In this document: piece after piece, positions 62,430 to 64,000 of the stretch
Layout: every line of letters starts with the position of its first letter
How positions within the stretch are numbered: the stretch's first letter is position 1
DNA from: Malacoraja senta
Taxonomy: Eukaryota
DNA: 64,000 nucleotides
NCBI GenBank assembly: GCA_038087875.1
Contig: JAXLNO010005673.1
Location: 1-64,000, forward strand
Reading direction: 5' to 3'
The notes under the pieces: model-generated
Database searches by the model: none
The model's input: only the letters and a program-made list of their open reading frames with translations
What the model was told of the DNA's origin: nothing
Position numbers and translations under genes: made by a program

Positions 62430-63122
62430 TCTATATAATTAAAAGTCTAATCTTGACCACTTCCTGTTTGCGCATTATATTGATTTTAGAAAAAACGCTA
62501 CCACATACGGCTGTGATTTTTGGCCATCTTACTCAAAGTCCCCTCCACTCATCAGGTGCGGACGATTTTTCCCATCGATGAAAACTAAAAGAGTTATTAG
62601 TCGTTAAAAAATGTTGAGATTCTCTCTCCTGTCAATCACGTCATGAAGGCCACCTCTTCTCTCTCCTGTCAATCATGTCATGAAGGCCACACCTGACTAT
62701 AAAACCCAGAAGTGTGGGCGTGGCGTGGCTCAGTCTCTGCAAGGAGGGAGAGGTCATGACTCGCTGTCTTTAGTGGCCTTGCACCCTGCTTGAAATGGTA
62801 TGAGACTGCACTTGAATTGGGTGGCCTTGCATCCTGCTTGAAGTGGTAAGACACTGCACTTGAATTTGGTGGCCTTGCAAGGAATAGCCGTGAGTCAACT
62901 GCCAGCCCACCAGCCGTGAGTGAGTGAGTTGCCAGCACAACAGGCTTGAGTGACTGAGCCGCCAGCCCAAGAATCCATTCGACCCACAATGTCCATACTG
63001 AAGGAAACCAGTCCCTTAAGCCCACAACACCTATACTAGCATTCCAGAAAGCCCCCCCACCCACTGGCCACCAATATTGGGATTGCTGGAGAGGTGGAAT
63101 ATTGCATTGGGGGACCAGCCCT
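62430..63122 (+). mobile_element. Possible non-autonomous Helitron-like element (3' end hidden in N gap)
   Basis: Starts TC-tatataattaaaag, resembling Helitron 5' ends, and has internal short duplications. The diagnostic 3' hairpin and CTAG are not visible. Confidence 0.35.
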
Positions 63123-64000
63123 NNNNNNNNNNNNNNNNNNNNNNNNNNNNNNNNNNNNNNNNNNNNNNNNNNNNNNNNNNNNNNNNNNNNNNNNNNNNNN
63201 NNNNNNNNNNNNNNNNNNNNNNNNNNNNNNNNNNNNNNNNNNNNNNNNNNNNNNNNNNNNNNNNNNNNNNNNNNNNNNNNNNNNNNNNNNNNNNNNNNNN
63301 NNNNNNNNNNNNNNNNNNNNNNNNNNNNNNNNNNNNNNNNNNNTGATCCACATCTCCTTGAAAACCCGACACGGTAACGGTGAAATTTTTATATATTCCG
63401 GTAGAGATTCACCTTATGATTTCGAAAATCGCCTCATCTGAAAAATTGATTAATTATTTCCTGAGTTTTTTAAATAAAATTGTTCACCAATCTGACATCT
63501 TTTTAAAATCTAACTGTTGAAGCGAGCCGATGATGTCACAATGCCTTTGCTCCTCGCGGCAAGCAGTGCAGAATTTTCAACGCGCTGCCTGCTGGGCACT
63601 GTTTTCCAGGAGTGACGTCACCACCCTCCCCTTCCAAGTCCCCCGGTTCTTCAAAGGACGCAGAAAGAACGAGCAAGTGGGCTCTGTTCTGCAGATCCCG
63701 ACGGCTTCCGAAGGTGCTTCCGAGAGCTTCAGAACGCTTCCGAGGTCACCTGATGTCACGGGCGCGCACGAGCACTCATGAGCTTCCCGGCTTGCTTTTC
63801 AAGAACTTTCTTCTCACGGCCTGCTGCACTATGTTCCACGCGCAGCGAGTGAAGTCACCCCCCTCCCCCGCCCCTCCCTCCCGCTGCTAACCACTCCTCC
63901 CCGCTGCTAACTGCTCCTATCCTGCTCCTCCACCCCTGCTGTTTTCCGCTTTGACTCGCGGTTCCAGAGAGATGCCGAGAGTCAGGCCCTGTACTAGAGC

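Overview
Repeat-dense, apparently non-genic (intergenic or large-intron) vertebrate DNA. The repeat spectrum (CR1, Rex1/Babar and RTE LINE remnants, V-domain tRNA SINEs sharing CR1 tails, Penelope-type repeats) fits a cartilaginous fish, probably a skate or ray; this is inference. I found no supportable host protein-coding exon, and every recognisable ORF is transposon-derived. Main elements: CR1 LINEs (1-1487 +, 49238-52262 -); a DIRS1-type tyrosine-recombinase retrotransposon with intact ITR/ICR termini (3111-8350) whose recombinase is split by an L2-tailed SINE; a near full-length Tc1 (23741-25327); an internally deleted hAT (37507-39267); Harbinger-type MITEs; and many Penelope repeats carrying minimal hammerhead motifs. 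The most notable observation is three 137-155 bp TSD-flanked insertions in two sequence families (25497-25638, 33338-33474, 53747-53901). Each consists only of a predicted P4-minimal HDV-like ribozyme with a CPEB3-type core, a nested stem-loop and an (AAG)n tail. In the best copy the element starts exactly at the predicted cleavage site. Ribozyme activity is predicted from by-eye folding only.
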